A stretch of DNA of 36,739 nt, taken from contig CAYZTH010000003.1 of NCBI GenBank assembly GCA_964481435.1, positions 1 to 36,739 of the forward strand. The letters run 5' to 3'. A program made the position numbers and the translations under genes. Shown in pieces: positions 17,310 through 26,839 of this stretch (the first letter of the stretch is position 1; each line of letters begins with the position of its first letter). The stretch comes from Candidatus Woesearchaeota archaeon. GTDB taxonomy: Archaea; Nanobdellota; Nanobdellia; Pacearchaeales; UBA284. The notes under the pieces are model-generated. The model ran no database searches. It saw only the letters and a program-made list of their open reading frames with translations, and was not told the origin of the DNA.

Positions 17310-19928
17310 TTATTCTATTGAGAAAGCAGAAACATCTGTGCCCATGTTCTCATAGGCATATTTTATCTGGGCTTTTGTCCAACCGCTATCCAAGAGCTCT
17401 TTTTCTATTATCTTTTTATCTTTTCCTTCTTGTTGGCTAGTCTGAATATAACTTACCAGGCTCATCAAATCAGAGGGATTTGCAAATATATCCTCTGAAC
17501 CTGATGCTGCTGATTTTGCGCCAGGCAATCTCCTCCTCCAAATCAAGAAAAGAAGAACAACCAATGCTATGAAGATAATTACTGCAACAATAATCGGAAA
17601 GACAATGCTTGGACTACTACTTGAGGGAGTTGCTGGCTCTTGTTCCCCATTAACTAGGGTTGAAAGCGAAGGCGATACATAGAATGCCTGCTGAGCTAAA
17701 GATTGACGTACTGGAAGAGCGAGGTCTATTGTTTCAGTTCCTGAAAAATGTGTTCCTATTGAGGCCCCTAGATCAATAAATTCCATATTCTGCTTTACAA
17801 GAATCTGGGACTTGCTTATTGAGGCAGGTAAATCATATACAAAATAGACTTCATCTGAAGCAGGGGGAACCATGCTTAGGGTCAGAAGAGTTATCTCTTG
17901 GGTTGATAAATCATCAAAAGTTATAAGCTTAACTCTGCCACCAAGTCTTGTTGTTACTTTTTCCTGCCAGAGCAATAATTCATTTAGCATACTCTCTTTG
18001 TAAGAGGGATCATAGTCGCCTGCACCAAGTTCAGATAACTTATCAAAACTTACAGAGTCTACATTTGGATAGTAGAGAGATTGAGGGAGAATTTGGGTAT
18101 CATTTATAGATACTGGAATTTTTATTAAATCCAGTTTTCCTTTTATCAAAACAGTATCGTTTGATGTCTCAAGAAGAATTGCTACCTCATTTAGAGAGAC
18201 ATTAGCAAGTGTTTTGTTCATCACTAAATCAAGATACCATGAATCATAGCTATTTGCCAGGGTTTGATAGGCTTGCTTTTTTCCAAGATAAATCTGAACA
18301 AGAGCTTCTTTTGTAACTGTTGAATTTATTAAAAAAGATTTTACTCCCACTAGGCCTGAAGAATCTGTAACTTTAAGAGTCAGTATAAAAGAACCTTCTG
18401 CATATGTGTGTGCTGCATTAGGAACTTGGGTTGTTTCTTGAGATCCATCGCCCCAATCCCAGGTATAGTTTGAGATTGGATTCTGAAATTTCTGTACACT
18501 CGCATAGAATGTTGTTGATTTTTGAGGAGCAATAAAAAGAGGGGCAATTGACTGAATAATTGGAACATTTGAGACCTTGAATGGAACAGAAGCAGGAGTT
18601 CCCATATTTAGGATGAATTTATAGTTGCCCATTGTCGATGGTGCAGATATATTGAAAACATTTAAAGAGAAAGCTGAGTTTCCCATTGTAACACTGACAG
18701 GGGTCTTAGTTAGGTCCCAGAATTTATTCACAATTGCTTGACCACCAGAAGTGCTTAAATTCAAGATAAGGTCTGATACCCCCAGTGTTTGTTTTCCATT
18801 GGTAATAAAGTTTATTGGAATTATGCATCCTGATAAGCAGTTTCCAGAGTATCTTGAATTAATATACTCCTGAATATAGGAAATGAGAGAACTTGAATCA
18901 TCTGATCTAAATTTAGAATCCTCAAAGAAAATCTCTTCTCCATTGATTGGTGAAAATCCGTAGTATCTCATATAAACAGGATAGTCAAATAAGAAGTTTC
19001 CATTAAAACTCTCTGGACTTCCTAAAAAGCCACAAGGATAGTCTGATTCTCCTTTTATTGAATAAGAACCTGTTCCCCCTAGATTTGAAATGCATACATA
19101 GACATCTCGAGATTCATCTATAAAGAAATTTGGATTATTCTCTGCATTTATTGAACAGAAATTAAAACCGGTTAGTACTCCATCAGTTTCTCCAATAGTG
19201 CAGTTATATTTTTTTCCTGTCTTTGGGTCATAGAGAGCCATAACCAATGGACTTGGATCTCCTGATGAAAGAGTAACATAGGCGCCGATGTCTGCCTTAC
19301 CTGCTTTGTCAATGAAGATTTTTTCACACCTTGGATTTGAATCTAAAACAAAATCAACGGTATTGCTCATGGAGAAACAGGAATTTGTGAAGTCAGTGCA
19401 ATTATTAGCCTCATTTGAACTTATATATTCATAATTTATTGCATCATTATCAAGAACATCTACTTTGACGAAGCTTTCAGAACATGTGAACTCTTGATTA
19501 CTTGAACCCCGTATCATGAAACTTAGGTTATTTACTTTAACATCTTTAAAGCCCTGAACTTTTATTCCAAGAAGTTTATTAGAATTATCTAAATCAAAAT
19601 TCTTGCTTTCTTGCTCTGAACCTGGGACAAAACTATATATTGGAAGGCAGGATGAAGGATTGCAGGTAAAGACGGCGTTGCTTTTCTTAAGAAAATCAAT
19701 TAATTTCATAGATTTCAAAGAGTAAGTTGAATTAGCAGAGATTTTTATGTCAGAGTTTTGGTTTGTCAGGGAAAAATTCACAAAACCCTCTATTGGTTGA
19801 TTTGGCCCATATATTGAGGAGGATAAGTTGAAGTAGGGAGTTCCTCGGGTTATTGATGCTGAAGAAATGTTAAATAAGATAGGCAAAAGCAGAACTACGG
19901 CCAGTAGGATTAACAATTGTTTTTTCAT
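17310..19928 (-). CDS. Large PKD-domain cell-surface glycoprotein, type I membrane-anchored
   Basis: Signal peptide; many NxS/T sequons and Cys pairs; PKD motif YTWDWGDG...HTY...LKVTD; S/P linker; TM helix; cytoplasmic YI...G.....I...L...GW module. Confidence 0.85.
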   Translation of the reverse strand: MKKQLLILLAVVLLLPILFNISSASITRGTPYFNLSSSIYGPNQPIEGFVNFSLTNQNSDIKISANSTYSLKSMKLIDFLKKSNAVFTCNPSSCLPIYSFVPGSEQESKNFDLDNSNKLLGIKVQGFKDVKVNNLSFMIRGSSNQEFTCSESFVKVDVLDNDAINYEYISSNEANNCTDFTNSCFSMSNTVDFVLDSNPRCEKIFIDKAGKADIGAYVTLSSGDPSPLVMALYDPKTGKKYNCTIGETDGVLTGFNFCSINAENNPNFFIDESRDVYVCISNLGGTGSYSIKGESDYPCGFLGSPESFNGNFLFDYPVYMRYYGFSPINGEEIFFEDSKFRSDDSSSLISYIQEYINSRYSGNCLSGCIIPINFITNGKQTLGVSDLILNLSTSGGQAIVNKFWDLTKTPVSVTMGNSAFSLNVFNISAPSTMGNYKFILNMGTPASVPFKVSNVPIIQSIAPLFIAPQKSTTFYASVQKFQNPISNYTWDWGDGSQETTQVPNAAHTYAEGSFILTLKVTDSSGLVGVKSFLINSTVTKEALVQIYLGKKQAYQTLANSYDSWYLDLVMNKTLANVSLNEVAILLETSNDTVLIKGKLDLIKIPVSINDTQILPQSLYYPNVDSVSFDKLSELGAGDYDPSYKESMLNELLLWQEKVTTRLGGRVKLITFDDLSTQEITLLTLSMVPPASDEVYFVYDLPASISKSQILVKQNMEFIDLGASIGTHFSGTETIDLALPVRQSLAQQAFYVSPSLSTLVNGEQEPATPSSSSPSIVFPIIVAVIIFIALVVLLFLIWRRRLPGAKSAASGSEDIFANPSDLMSLVSYIQTSQQEGKDKKIIEKELLDSGWTKAQIKYAYENMGTDVSAFSIE

Positions 19929-20020
19929 TTTTTCCTCTTTTTGTTTTTCTTTTTTATACTAGGGTATAACCTATACCTTTTTTAATTGCGTATTGTGTGA
20001 TTAGCACCGTAAGTGATTTA

Positions 20021-23000
20021 TTATTTTTTCTTCTTTGATATAAAAAAGTAATAAATTGCAATTAAAAAGATGAATGGAATGATTTGCCAGGGTGTGAAAA
20101 ATGGAAGTCTCTCTTGTGTGAAGCCGCATCTTGCACATGATTCATACGAATCGCCACAGTTTTCTTGAGTTCTTGGAACCAAAGTATAATTAATTAATTT
20201 TCCTTGAAATATTCCAGCATTACAACTTCCGCATGCCCCAATTATTGTGGAATATGTGCACTGAACATTTGGAGGAGCTGGTGGAGCATATTGCACTGGA
20301 GACCGTGTTGCGTTTAATATGCACGCTGTTGAATTCCATGAACATTGGGTTTGGGTCACTTCATATTCCTCTCCATTAATCAATGTCCTTTGTCCCATCA
20401 AGAGCAGTGCATCTGCGCCGCTTATGCCTAACTGGCATTTATCCTTATTACAAGAGTCGTCATTATTATAATTGCTGCATGATGTGATTGTCCTCTGACC
20501 ATAACTATAACATGATTTGCAAGTACCGGAACTCTCTTTATCCCAATAACAACCATCTTTAGTAACACATACTTTTTCTGACCCATATTCCTTGCAAGTT
20601 TGCATGCTCTGGGCTGCTTCGCATTTTCCTGATGCCATGTGGCAACTCTTTCCATCAGGGCAAGGGCATGGTTTTACACAATTCTCTGTAAGTGCACATG
20701 TTATTGGATTACATTGACACCAGAAACCTGGTTGCGTTGAACTACACTCGCCTGCGAAAATCCATTTTGGATTTGTAGGTGTGCCTTCATTGCAAACACC
20801 GATGTAAAAGTTAACTGTATCCATAGTGTACTTGTGGTCACCGCTTGCATTTAACTTGATTGTGAATGGATCTGGACTTGCAAGAGTTTTATCGTATCTA
20901 TAAATTATTGTTTTTGGGGAGACACTTGCATTAACTGTCTTATTCTTTGTATCTGAAAAAATCCAAGTCATGTTGAACAAATCTTCATATTCTGGCCATG
21001 TACTCTCTGTACCATCAAAAGTAACTTCTCTTGAAGTAAGCAAATCATCATCCAATGGAGAAGAGATTTTCGCAAGTGGTCCTTGCCCTGGAGAGAGTAA
21101 ACTTATCTTGACTTTTGTTGAATCCTGCATTGTTTCGTTCCATACAGTCAGATTAATATAATAATTTCCAATATAGATATTTCTTGGCGGCTGAGAAAAA
21201 ATTATTGAGACATTTTCCTTATTTAAAGGAATTTGATGAGTATCGCTAGCGTATAGTATCCAAGTTAAAGAGTCTACAGATTTGTAGGACCAGTTCCAAT
21301 GATTATAATCTCCTATGCTTAATTGTTGCAATTTAATTTCTGAAAAAGGATCAAGATTACCCTCTAAGTTAGGAGTAGTATTAATTATCGCTCGCATCGG
21401 CTTATTCAACTCGCGATATGAAAACCAGAAGAAACCTGTGACCCCGCTGCCCGAGAGAGAACCGATTAGAAACGGAGAAGTTGCATTGTAGAGTTTTGCT
21501 GTTGCTGCAGTAATCTTTTGCCCATTGCATCCTTCAGGTATTGGGCCTATAATTGTCCATGTCGAAGTATAGACCCCATTGACCTCTTGAATCCTCGTTG
21601 AATTTTCCATTGTTATTGAACAACCACCTATGCCGCCACCTGCTGCCATTCCGAGGATGGAAAGTCCAGTAATCCCTCCTTGCGCCTCTGAACCTCCGAC
21701 AATCTCCATTTTATTTACATTTGGACATTTATTTTTATCTTCAACTGTAATATTTAGAGTAATTTTTTGACCAATACCACAGACATTATCTGGACAATTG
21801 TTAGTTATATTTGCACTTAAGATGTTGCAAGCAGGTTTTACTATTGTAACATTTCCGAATTGCCCATACATATGCCCCATTAACTCAGATTGATGATATA
21901 CTCCAACATAAGTTGCATTCAATAGTTTGTTAAAACACTCTGGGGCAACATTAGTAATTGTTGCGTTTCCAAAGCATATCTCCCTATCTCCAAAGATATT
22001 GCAAATCAAGTGTGTATCTGGCGCACTTATAGACATTGAACATTCTTCTCCTGGATCTCCAAAAATGGGATAACCGGTAATGCCTCCCCACCCCCCAGAA
22101 CCTGAATCTTCACTTAAATCTATTTCAATTTTATCATTAAGGCGGACAAGGCATTCAGATGGTTCTTTTATAACTTTCACAGTTATATTGAGATTATCAC
22201 CTTCAAGACATTTTTTTGTTCCATCTGATAATTTTGTGCCTGAACAAAATCTTGTATCTACTGATGCACTAAGGATTTTACATTCTGGTGATGGTGGTGC
22301 TGGCAGGGCTGTGATGTTAAATCCATTTCCGCCCTTGATAAAATTTGCACTATTATACTCTGCATACACCCCCCTTACCTTCAGAACATCTCCATTTTCA
22401 TCAATAATCTTGACTTTTGTTATATTCCAAGGAGTGAGAGTAGATCCTTCCCATCGGGAATAGGTCCCTGTTAATTTTTTTAATACAGTTGGGGAAAACA
22501 TCGAATAATCGAATGAAAAATCACAAATAAAATGTTTTATCTTTTTATCATTGCTTTCAGAATATATGCAATTTTTGGTTGGAGTTGTCGAGTAAAAATC
22601 TTCATCTCCACTCTTCCCATATTTATCCACCCTTATAGTACTAAAGAATATTCTTAACCCATATTCATGATTTGTATTAACATATTTTTGCCAAGAACTA
22701 GAAGATTTATCCAAATCAGATACATCAACACTAACTGAAACTTTATCTCCTCCAGAACGAAGATTAAAAGATTCACATTTGTAAACACCATTAACTTCAT
22801 CAAGTATGCAGTCAGGCTCTGGATCTGCAACTACTTTCTCGCTTTCAGGAATTCCACACTCGCCTTTATTGCAAACAAGACCCGATGCGCATCTAACTCC
22901 ACAGTCCCCACAATTGTTTACATCGCTTTGTGTATTAGTCTCGCAACCATCTTTTGCATCTTGGTTGCAATTTCCATATCCTGACTTGCAAGCATTATCT

Positions 23001-23647
23001 AAACAGTAACAATAAGTAAAATAGGGATAGCCAGTATTCGAATTCTCTTTGGACTTCATAATTGATAAACAATTTCCAGAAGTATCTCCCGAGGAATCAG
23101 GTTTTGTAGTATAATACATCGCCCTACTGTATGTCCTATAATCCAGACCATAACCAGTAGTAGCGCTTATACCAAGGCATAAATCTGATTTATTTTCTTT
23201 ACAGATTTGATTGCAATTTTTATCTGTACCTTTATTTTCTGGATAGTACAGGGTTGTGGAAGAAGCTAAGTTCAGACCGGGATTATTTTCAGCATCTACA
23301 CGAACTCCGACACACAAGGTTCTATGACCGCCAAAGAAAAAGAAACATTGTTTATTATTTCCAAGAATTTTCCCCCAGTAATTAGGGTACTGATCTATAC
23401 CCCCCCATTTGTCAAAATATAAACTCTGGTCTTCTATAAACTCATTGTAACATAAACTTAATCCCGGTGCAATGCCTTCGCATTCACTCCAAACCCGTGC
23501 TATTTTCAAATAACTAAGATAGTAATCTGGCACTTCACCACTATTATCCCAGCTAGATACCGCCCCCAGATTCATTGCTATAATTAAGAAGGAAAATACT
23601 AAAAGAAGCATTAAAAATAAAACTCTTTTTCTATCCTTTTTTACCAT
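20021..23647 (-). CDS. Giant Cys-rich cell-surface protein with PKD-like domains and a C-terminal anchor
   Basis: Likely start ATG 23647 (GAGG SD; signal peptide MVKKDRKRVLFLMLLL...); Cys-rich repeats; PKD-like VTFDGTES/MTWIFSD; C-terminal LPFF-TM-KKKK. Confidence 0.85.
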   Translation of the reverse strand: MVKKDRKRVLFLMLLLVFSFLIIAMNLGAVSSWDNSGEVPDYYLSYLKIARVWSECEGIAPGLSLCYNEFIEDQSLYFDKWGGIDQYPNYWGKILGNNKQCFFFFGGHRTLCVGVRVDAENNPGLNLASSTTLYYPENKGTDKNCNQICKENKSDLCLGISATTGYGLDYRTYSRAMYYTTKPDSSGDTSGNCLSIMKSKENSNTGYPYFTYCYCLDNACKSGYGNCNQDAKDGCETNTQSDVNNCGDCGVRCASGLVCNKGECGIPESEKVVADPEPDCILDEVNGVYKCESFNLRSGGDKVSVSVDVSDLDKSSSSWQKYVNTNHEYGLRIFFSTIRVDKYGKSGDEDFYSTTPTKNCIYSESNDKKIKHFICDFSFDYSMFSPTVLKKLTGTYSRWEGSTLTPWNITKVKIIDENGDVLKVRGVYAEYNSANFIKGGNGFNITALPAPPSPECKILSASVDTRFCSGTKLSDGTKKCLEGDNLNITVKVIKEPSECLVRLNDKIEIDLSEDSGSGGWGGITGYPIFGDPGEECSMSISAPDTHLICNIFGDREICFGNATITNVAPECFNKLLNATYVGVYHQSELMGHMYGQFGNVTIVKPACNILSANITNNCPDNVCGIGQKITLNITVEDKNKCPNVNKMEIVGGSEAQGGITGLSILGMAAGGGIGGCSITMENSTRIQEVNGVYTSTWTIIGPIPEGCNGQKITAATAKLYNATSPFLIGSLSGSGVTGFFWFSYRELNKPMRAIINTTPNLEGNLDPFSEIKLQQLSIGDYNHWNWSYKSVDSLTWILYASDTHQIPLNKENVSIIFSQPPRNIYIGNYYINLTVWNETMQDSTKVKISLLSPGQGPLAKISSPLDDDLLTSREVTFDGTESTWPEYEDLFNMTWIFSDTKNKTVNASVSPKTIIYRYDKTLASPDPFTIKLNASGDHKYTMDTVNFYIGVCNEGTPTNPKWIFAGECSSTQPGFWCQCNPITCALTENCVKPCPCPDGKSCHMASGKCEAAQSMQTCKEYGSEKVCVTKDGCYWDKESSGTCKSCYSYGQRTITSCSNYNNDDSCNKDKCQLGISGADALLLMGQRTLINGEEYEVTQTQCSWNSTACILNATRSPVQYAPPAPPNVQCTYSTIIGACGSCNAGIFQGKLINYTLVPRTQENCGDSYESCARCGFTQERLPFFTPWQIIPFIFLIAIYYFFISKKKK

Positions 23648-23706
23648 CTTTTTTCCTCTAAAAACAGAGGGTTTTGGGGTTTTTAAAAATTTAGATTTCA
23701 TGTTTT

Positions 23707-24318
23707 TTATCGGGTTTTTGATTTTGAAATTAAATTTATCCAACCTAATGAATTAATTATAATTATGTGGTCTTTTAGGATTTGCTTCGCAAATTCATCT
23801 TCTTTTTCAAGGGAATCAATAAAGTTATCTTTTGTAACAAGCCTAATAGACGGCTTATTTTTAAGAGTGATAAAACAATTCTCGACTGCTCTCTCAATTT
23901 TTTTACTTTCTTGTTTTTCTGCGATTATCATTATATCTAAATCGCTTCCTTTATTTTCGCTCGACCTTGAAAAAGAGCCAAAAATCAATGCACAACTAAT
24001 AGAACTGGAAATTTCTTTTTCAAATTGAAAAAATGGCCCTTTTAATTCTTTATGCTTCTCAAAAAAATATAATTTTTTTTCTTCTTCGACCAATGAAAAA
24101 ATTATTTTTCCCGTGTTGCTAAATTCTGGTTTTAATAATCTTAATGGTTTCTCTATCTTCTGAGAAATTATATTCGCGTTTAAAAGTTCATTTATATAAA
24201 AATAGCCGGATTTTTGAGATATTTTATTTATTCTTAAGAGTTCAGAAATTTTTATATTTGGATTTTCATATATTGATTTTATAATTTTATACTTCGCACG
24301 AGCAATGGGAAATATCAT
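23707..24318 (-). CDS. HTH-fused minimal nucleotidyltransferase (MNT antitoxin-like)
   Basis: N-terminal wHTH-like region; IFGSFSR...SDLDI (GSx10DxD). ATG 24318 overlaps the HEPN stop (ATGA). Confidence 0.85.
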   Translation of the reverse strand: MIFPIARAKYKIIKSIYENPNIKISELLRINKISQKSGYFYINELLNANIISQKIEKPLRLLKPEFSNTGKIIFSLVEEEKKLYFFEKHKELKGPFFQFEKEISSSISCALIFGSFSRSSENKGSDLDIMIIAEKQESKKIERAVENCFITLKNKPSIRLVTKDNFIDSLEKEDEFAKQILKDHIIIINSLGWINLISKSKTR

Positions 24319-24824
24319 CTGAAACACCTCTTTTCAACAAATGCAACGAATTCTTTTGTAAAATTATAAATCTTTGAAGCATCTTCTTTTGATAATTGCT
24401 TCCATCTTATTACATCGTACTGCCCTATTTTTCTTAGGGAATAGGATATCTCAAAACCAGTAAAATCTGAGAATTTTGTACTTATTTTTCTAAGTTTTTC
24501 ATAAATATCTGAAGGCACCAAATCAAAATTTTTTAATGCAAGAATAGCACAAAAATGATCTTTAGAATAAAACCCCTGAAATCTTATTAATAAGGCATTT
24601 ATTGCATGATGAATAGAATAATAAGATTTTATTACAACCCAATCCCATGCTTCATTTTCAAAATCAGCCCGGATTTTAGACAAATCACTTTTTGCTTTTT
24701 CTAGATGAGGAGCAAATTCTTTTTCTGAAACTAAAATATATTTTTTTAGTTTTCTGCAATTGCAAAACCCCTTGTAGACTGATTCTTTATTTCTTGGAAG
24801 TGTTGAAATGATGTTTTCAATCAT
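24315..24824 (-). CDS. HEPN-domain protein (toxin-like)
   Basis: HLEKAKSDL, WDWVVIKSYYSIHHAINALL, SKDH and LR...QY; coupled to the MNT gene. Confidence 0.82.
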   Translation of the reverse strand: MIENIISTLPRNKESVYKGFCNCRKLKKYILVSEKEFAPHLEKAKSDLSKIRADFENEAWDWVVIKSYYSIHHAINALLIRFQGFYSKDHFCAILALKNFDLVPSDIYEKLRKISTKFSDFTGFEISYSLRKIGQYDVIRWKQLSKEDASKIYNFTKEFVAFVEKRCFR

Positions 24825-24884
24825 AGACAATTATATCTATGGGTGTATATAAATTTATCTATGGTAATAGATAAATTTGTCCAT
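24823..24884. promoter_or_regulatory. Three palindromic ATAGA-N8-TCTAT-like boxes at 22-bp spacing over the HEPN promoter
   Basis: 24823 ATAGAcaattataTCTAT, 24845 GTATAtaaatttaTCTAT, 24867 ATAGAtaaatttgTCCAT; the minus-strand TTTATATA box (24846-24853) lies in box 2. Confidence 0.75.
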
Positions 24885-24978
24885 AGAATAAAGGGTAGGG
24901 TTTGCAATAATCTTATAAATAAAGGAAAAATTAAATTAATAGATAAAAATCAATTAAATTGGATTTACAGAGTCTAAA

Positions 24979-26184
24979 ATGTTAATAGGAATAGTAGGCA
25001 AAGCCAATTGCGGCAAGAGTACGTTTTTCAAGGCTGCAACTCTCTCAGAGGTTCTTATTGCGAATTATCCATTCGCCACGATTAAACCAAACCACGGCAT
25101 CGGATATGTAAGAGTCGAGTGCATTGAGAAATTTTTCAAAGTCAAATGCAATCCAAGAGAGGGTTTCTGCATTCATGGACAGAGATTTGTTCCTGTTGAA
25201 TTGCTTGATGTGGCAGGACTTGTGCCTGGAGCACATGAGGGCAAGGGCCTAGGAAATCAATTTTTAGATGATTTAAGCAATGCTGATTTATTGATTCATG
25301 TTGTTGATATGGCGGGCTTGACTGATTGCGAAGGAAAACCCTGTTCTGCAGGAATGAGAGACCCTTGCGATGATATTCTTTTTTTAGAGGAAGAACTTGA
25401 CTACTGGTACTTAGGAATTCTAAAGAAAGTCTGGAGAACTTTTGTCAGGAAGATTGAAGTTGAACACAGCGAGTTTGAGAAAGCTGTTGCTAAGCAATTT
25501 TCTGGATTAAAGGTCACAGAGGAAATGGTCAGAAGCGCCTTGAAGAAACTCGGAATCGACCTTGAAGAAGAAAAACCCTCTGTCTGGCAAGAATCTAGAC
25601 TGTTTGAATTTTCAAGAGAGCTTAGAAGAGCTAGTAAACCAATGATTATCGCTGCAAATAAATCAGATAGGCCTGAATTTGAGGATAACTTCAAGAAAGC
25701 TAAAGAGAAATTCCCTGAACTTTTGATTGTTCCTTGCTCTGCTGAATCAGAGCTTGCCCTAAGAGAGGCTTCAAGATCTGAACTTATTGAATATATTCCG
25801 GGAGATCCTGATTTTAAAATATTAAGGCCAGAAAAGCTAGATGAAAGAAGAGAAAAAGCTCTTGAATTTGTAAAGAATAAAATTTTGAACAAGTGGAAAA
25901 ACACAGGAGTCCAGCAAGTCTTGAATACTGCTGTTTTTGATTATCTGAAATATATCTATATCTTTCCAGGCGGCTTAAATAAATTGACAGACAGCAAGGG
26001 CAATGTTCTTCCTGACTGCTATTTGATGCCTCCGGGAACAACTGCCCTGAACTTCGCTTTCAGAATCCATAGTGATATTGGAAACGGTTTTGTTAAAGCA
26101 ATGGATGTCAAGAAAAAGGTCGCTATGGGCAAGGACCATGTCCTAAAGAATGGTGATGTCATAGAGATTATGACGAAGAAATAA
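24979..26184 (+). CDS. ychF: Archaeal YchF/Obg-family ATPase/GTPase with TGS domain
   Basis: GKANCGKST, NYPFATI, DVAGLVPGAHEGKGLGNQFLDD, ANKSD; TGS TALNFAFRIHSDI...GDVIEI. Confidence 0.93.
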   Translation: MLIGIVGKANCGKSTFFKAATLSEVLIANYPFATIKPNHGIGYVRVECIEKFFKVKCNPREGFCIHGQRFVPVELLDVAGLVPGAHEGKGLGNQFLDDLSNADLLIHVVDMAGLTDCEGKPCSAGMRDPCDDILFLEEELDYWYLGILKKVWRTFVRKIEVEHSEFEKAVAKQFSGLKVTEEMVRSALKKLGIDLEEEKPSVWQESRLFEFSRELRRASKPMIIAANKSDRPEFEDNFKKAKEKFPELLIVPCSAESELALREASRSELIEYIPGDPDFKILRPEKLDERREKALEFVKNKILNKWKNTGVQQVLNTAVFDYLKYIYIFPGGLNKLTDSKGNVLPDCYLMPPGTTALNFAFRIHSDIGNGFVKAMDVKKKVAMGKDHVLKNGDVIEIMTKK

Positions 26185-26208
26185 GTTTGTGTGAAGTGCC
26201 TTATTCTC

Positions 26209-26787
26209 TTATGGGCGATAATTCCTGCTTAGGACAAAACTTCTACGACTAGGTGCACTATCCCTAAGAGGAGAAATAACCACGGGCACATTTGCTGCGC
26301 CACTAACTTCTTGATCATATGCTGCTTCTGCCTGGTTCATACCCAAATCGAAAACTCTCCTTCGTGCTTCTCCTCCACTAGTATAGTAAACATGACTTGG
26401 AACATGCACGCTTTCCCCCCTTTTCTTAAGAAGCTGCCCTAGTGCCTCCGCAGGGTTGCACATCACAAATAAATCAATACTCCTATAGTGGCCTCTTCCT
26501 TTAGCAATCTCTGATTGGTCTGGTTGCCATAGGTAACTAGGGGTTGGACCACTTCCTATTTCAACTCTTTTCATGGGAATTTGCCCAGAATAAACGCTAG
26601 AACCCGCGACAATTGTGGTGATAGGAGCTCCTATACCATTAATTAATCGAAGTGTGGCCCGAACTCTTGCTTGTTCTACTCTTTTTAGAGTAAGAAGCCA
26701 TACTTTTGCATCTTGATACTCGCCAGCAGTGATATTCAAGAATTCACCAATTCCACAACATTCTGAATCAACCTGCTGTTCTGCCAT
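26209..26787 (-). CDS. Hypothetical protein with possible degenerate nucleotidyltransferase fold
   Basis: 192 aa ORF with its own TATA; IVAGSS...YRSIDLFV resembles GS...DxD with the first Asp replaced. Confidence refers to the CDS. Confidence 0.55.
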   Translation of the reverse strand: MAEQQVDSECCGIGEFLNITAGEYQDAKVWLLTLKRVEQARVRATLRLINGIGAPITTIVAGSSVYSGQIPMKRVEIGSGPTPSYLWQPDQSEIAKGRGHYRSIDLFVMCNPAEALGQLLKKRGESVHVPSHVYYTSGGEARRRVFDLGMNQAEAAYDQEVSGAANVPVVISPLRDSAPSRRSFVLSRNYRP

Positions 26788-26839
26788 TTTTATTTATCAA
26801 GAAACAACTTTATAAGGATTGTTGTAGTTTTTTGCACAC

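Noticed and set aside
23648-23743. N-terminal extension of the 1240-aa ORF
   Set aside because: It overlaps the MNT gene; the SD and signal peptide fit ATG 23647.
24823-24884. Mini CRISPR array
   Set aside because: The units are 22-bp degenerate palindromes with 4-bp gaps, with no unique spacers and no cas genes.
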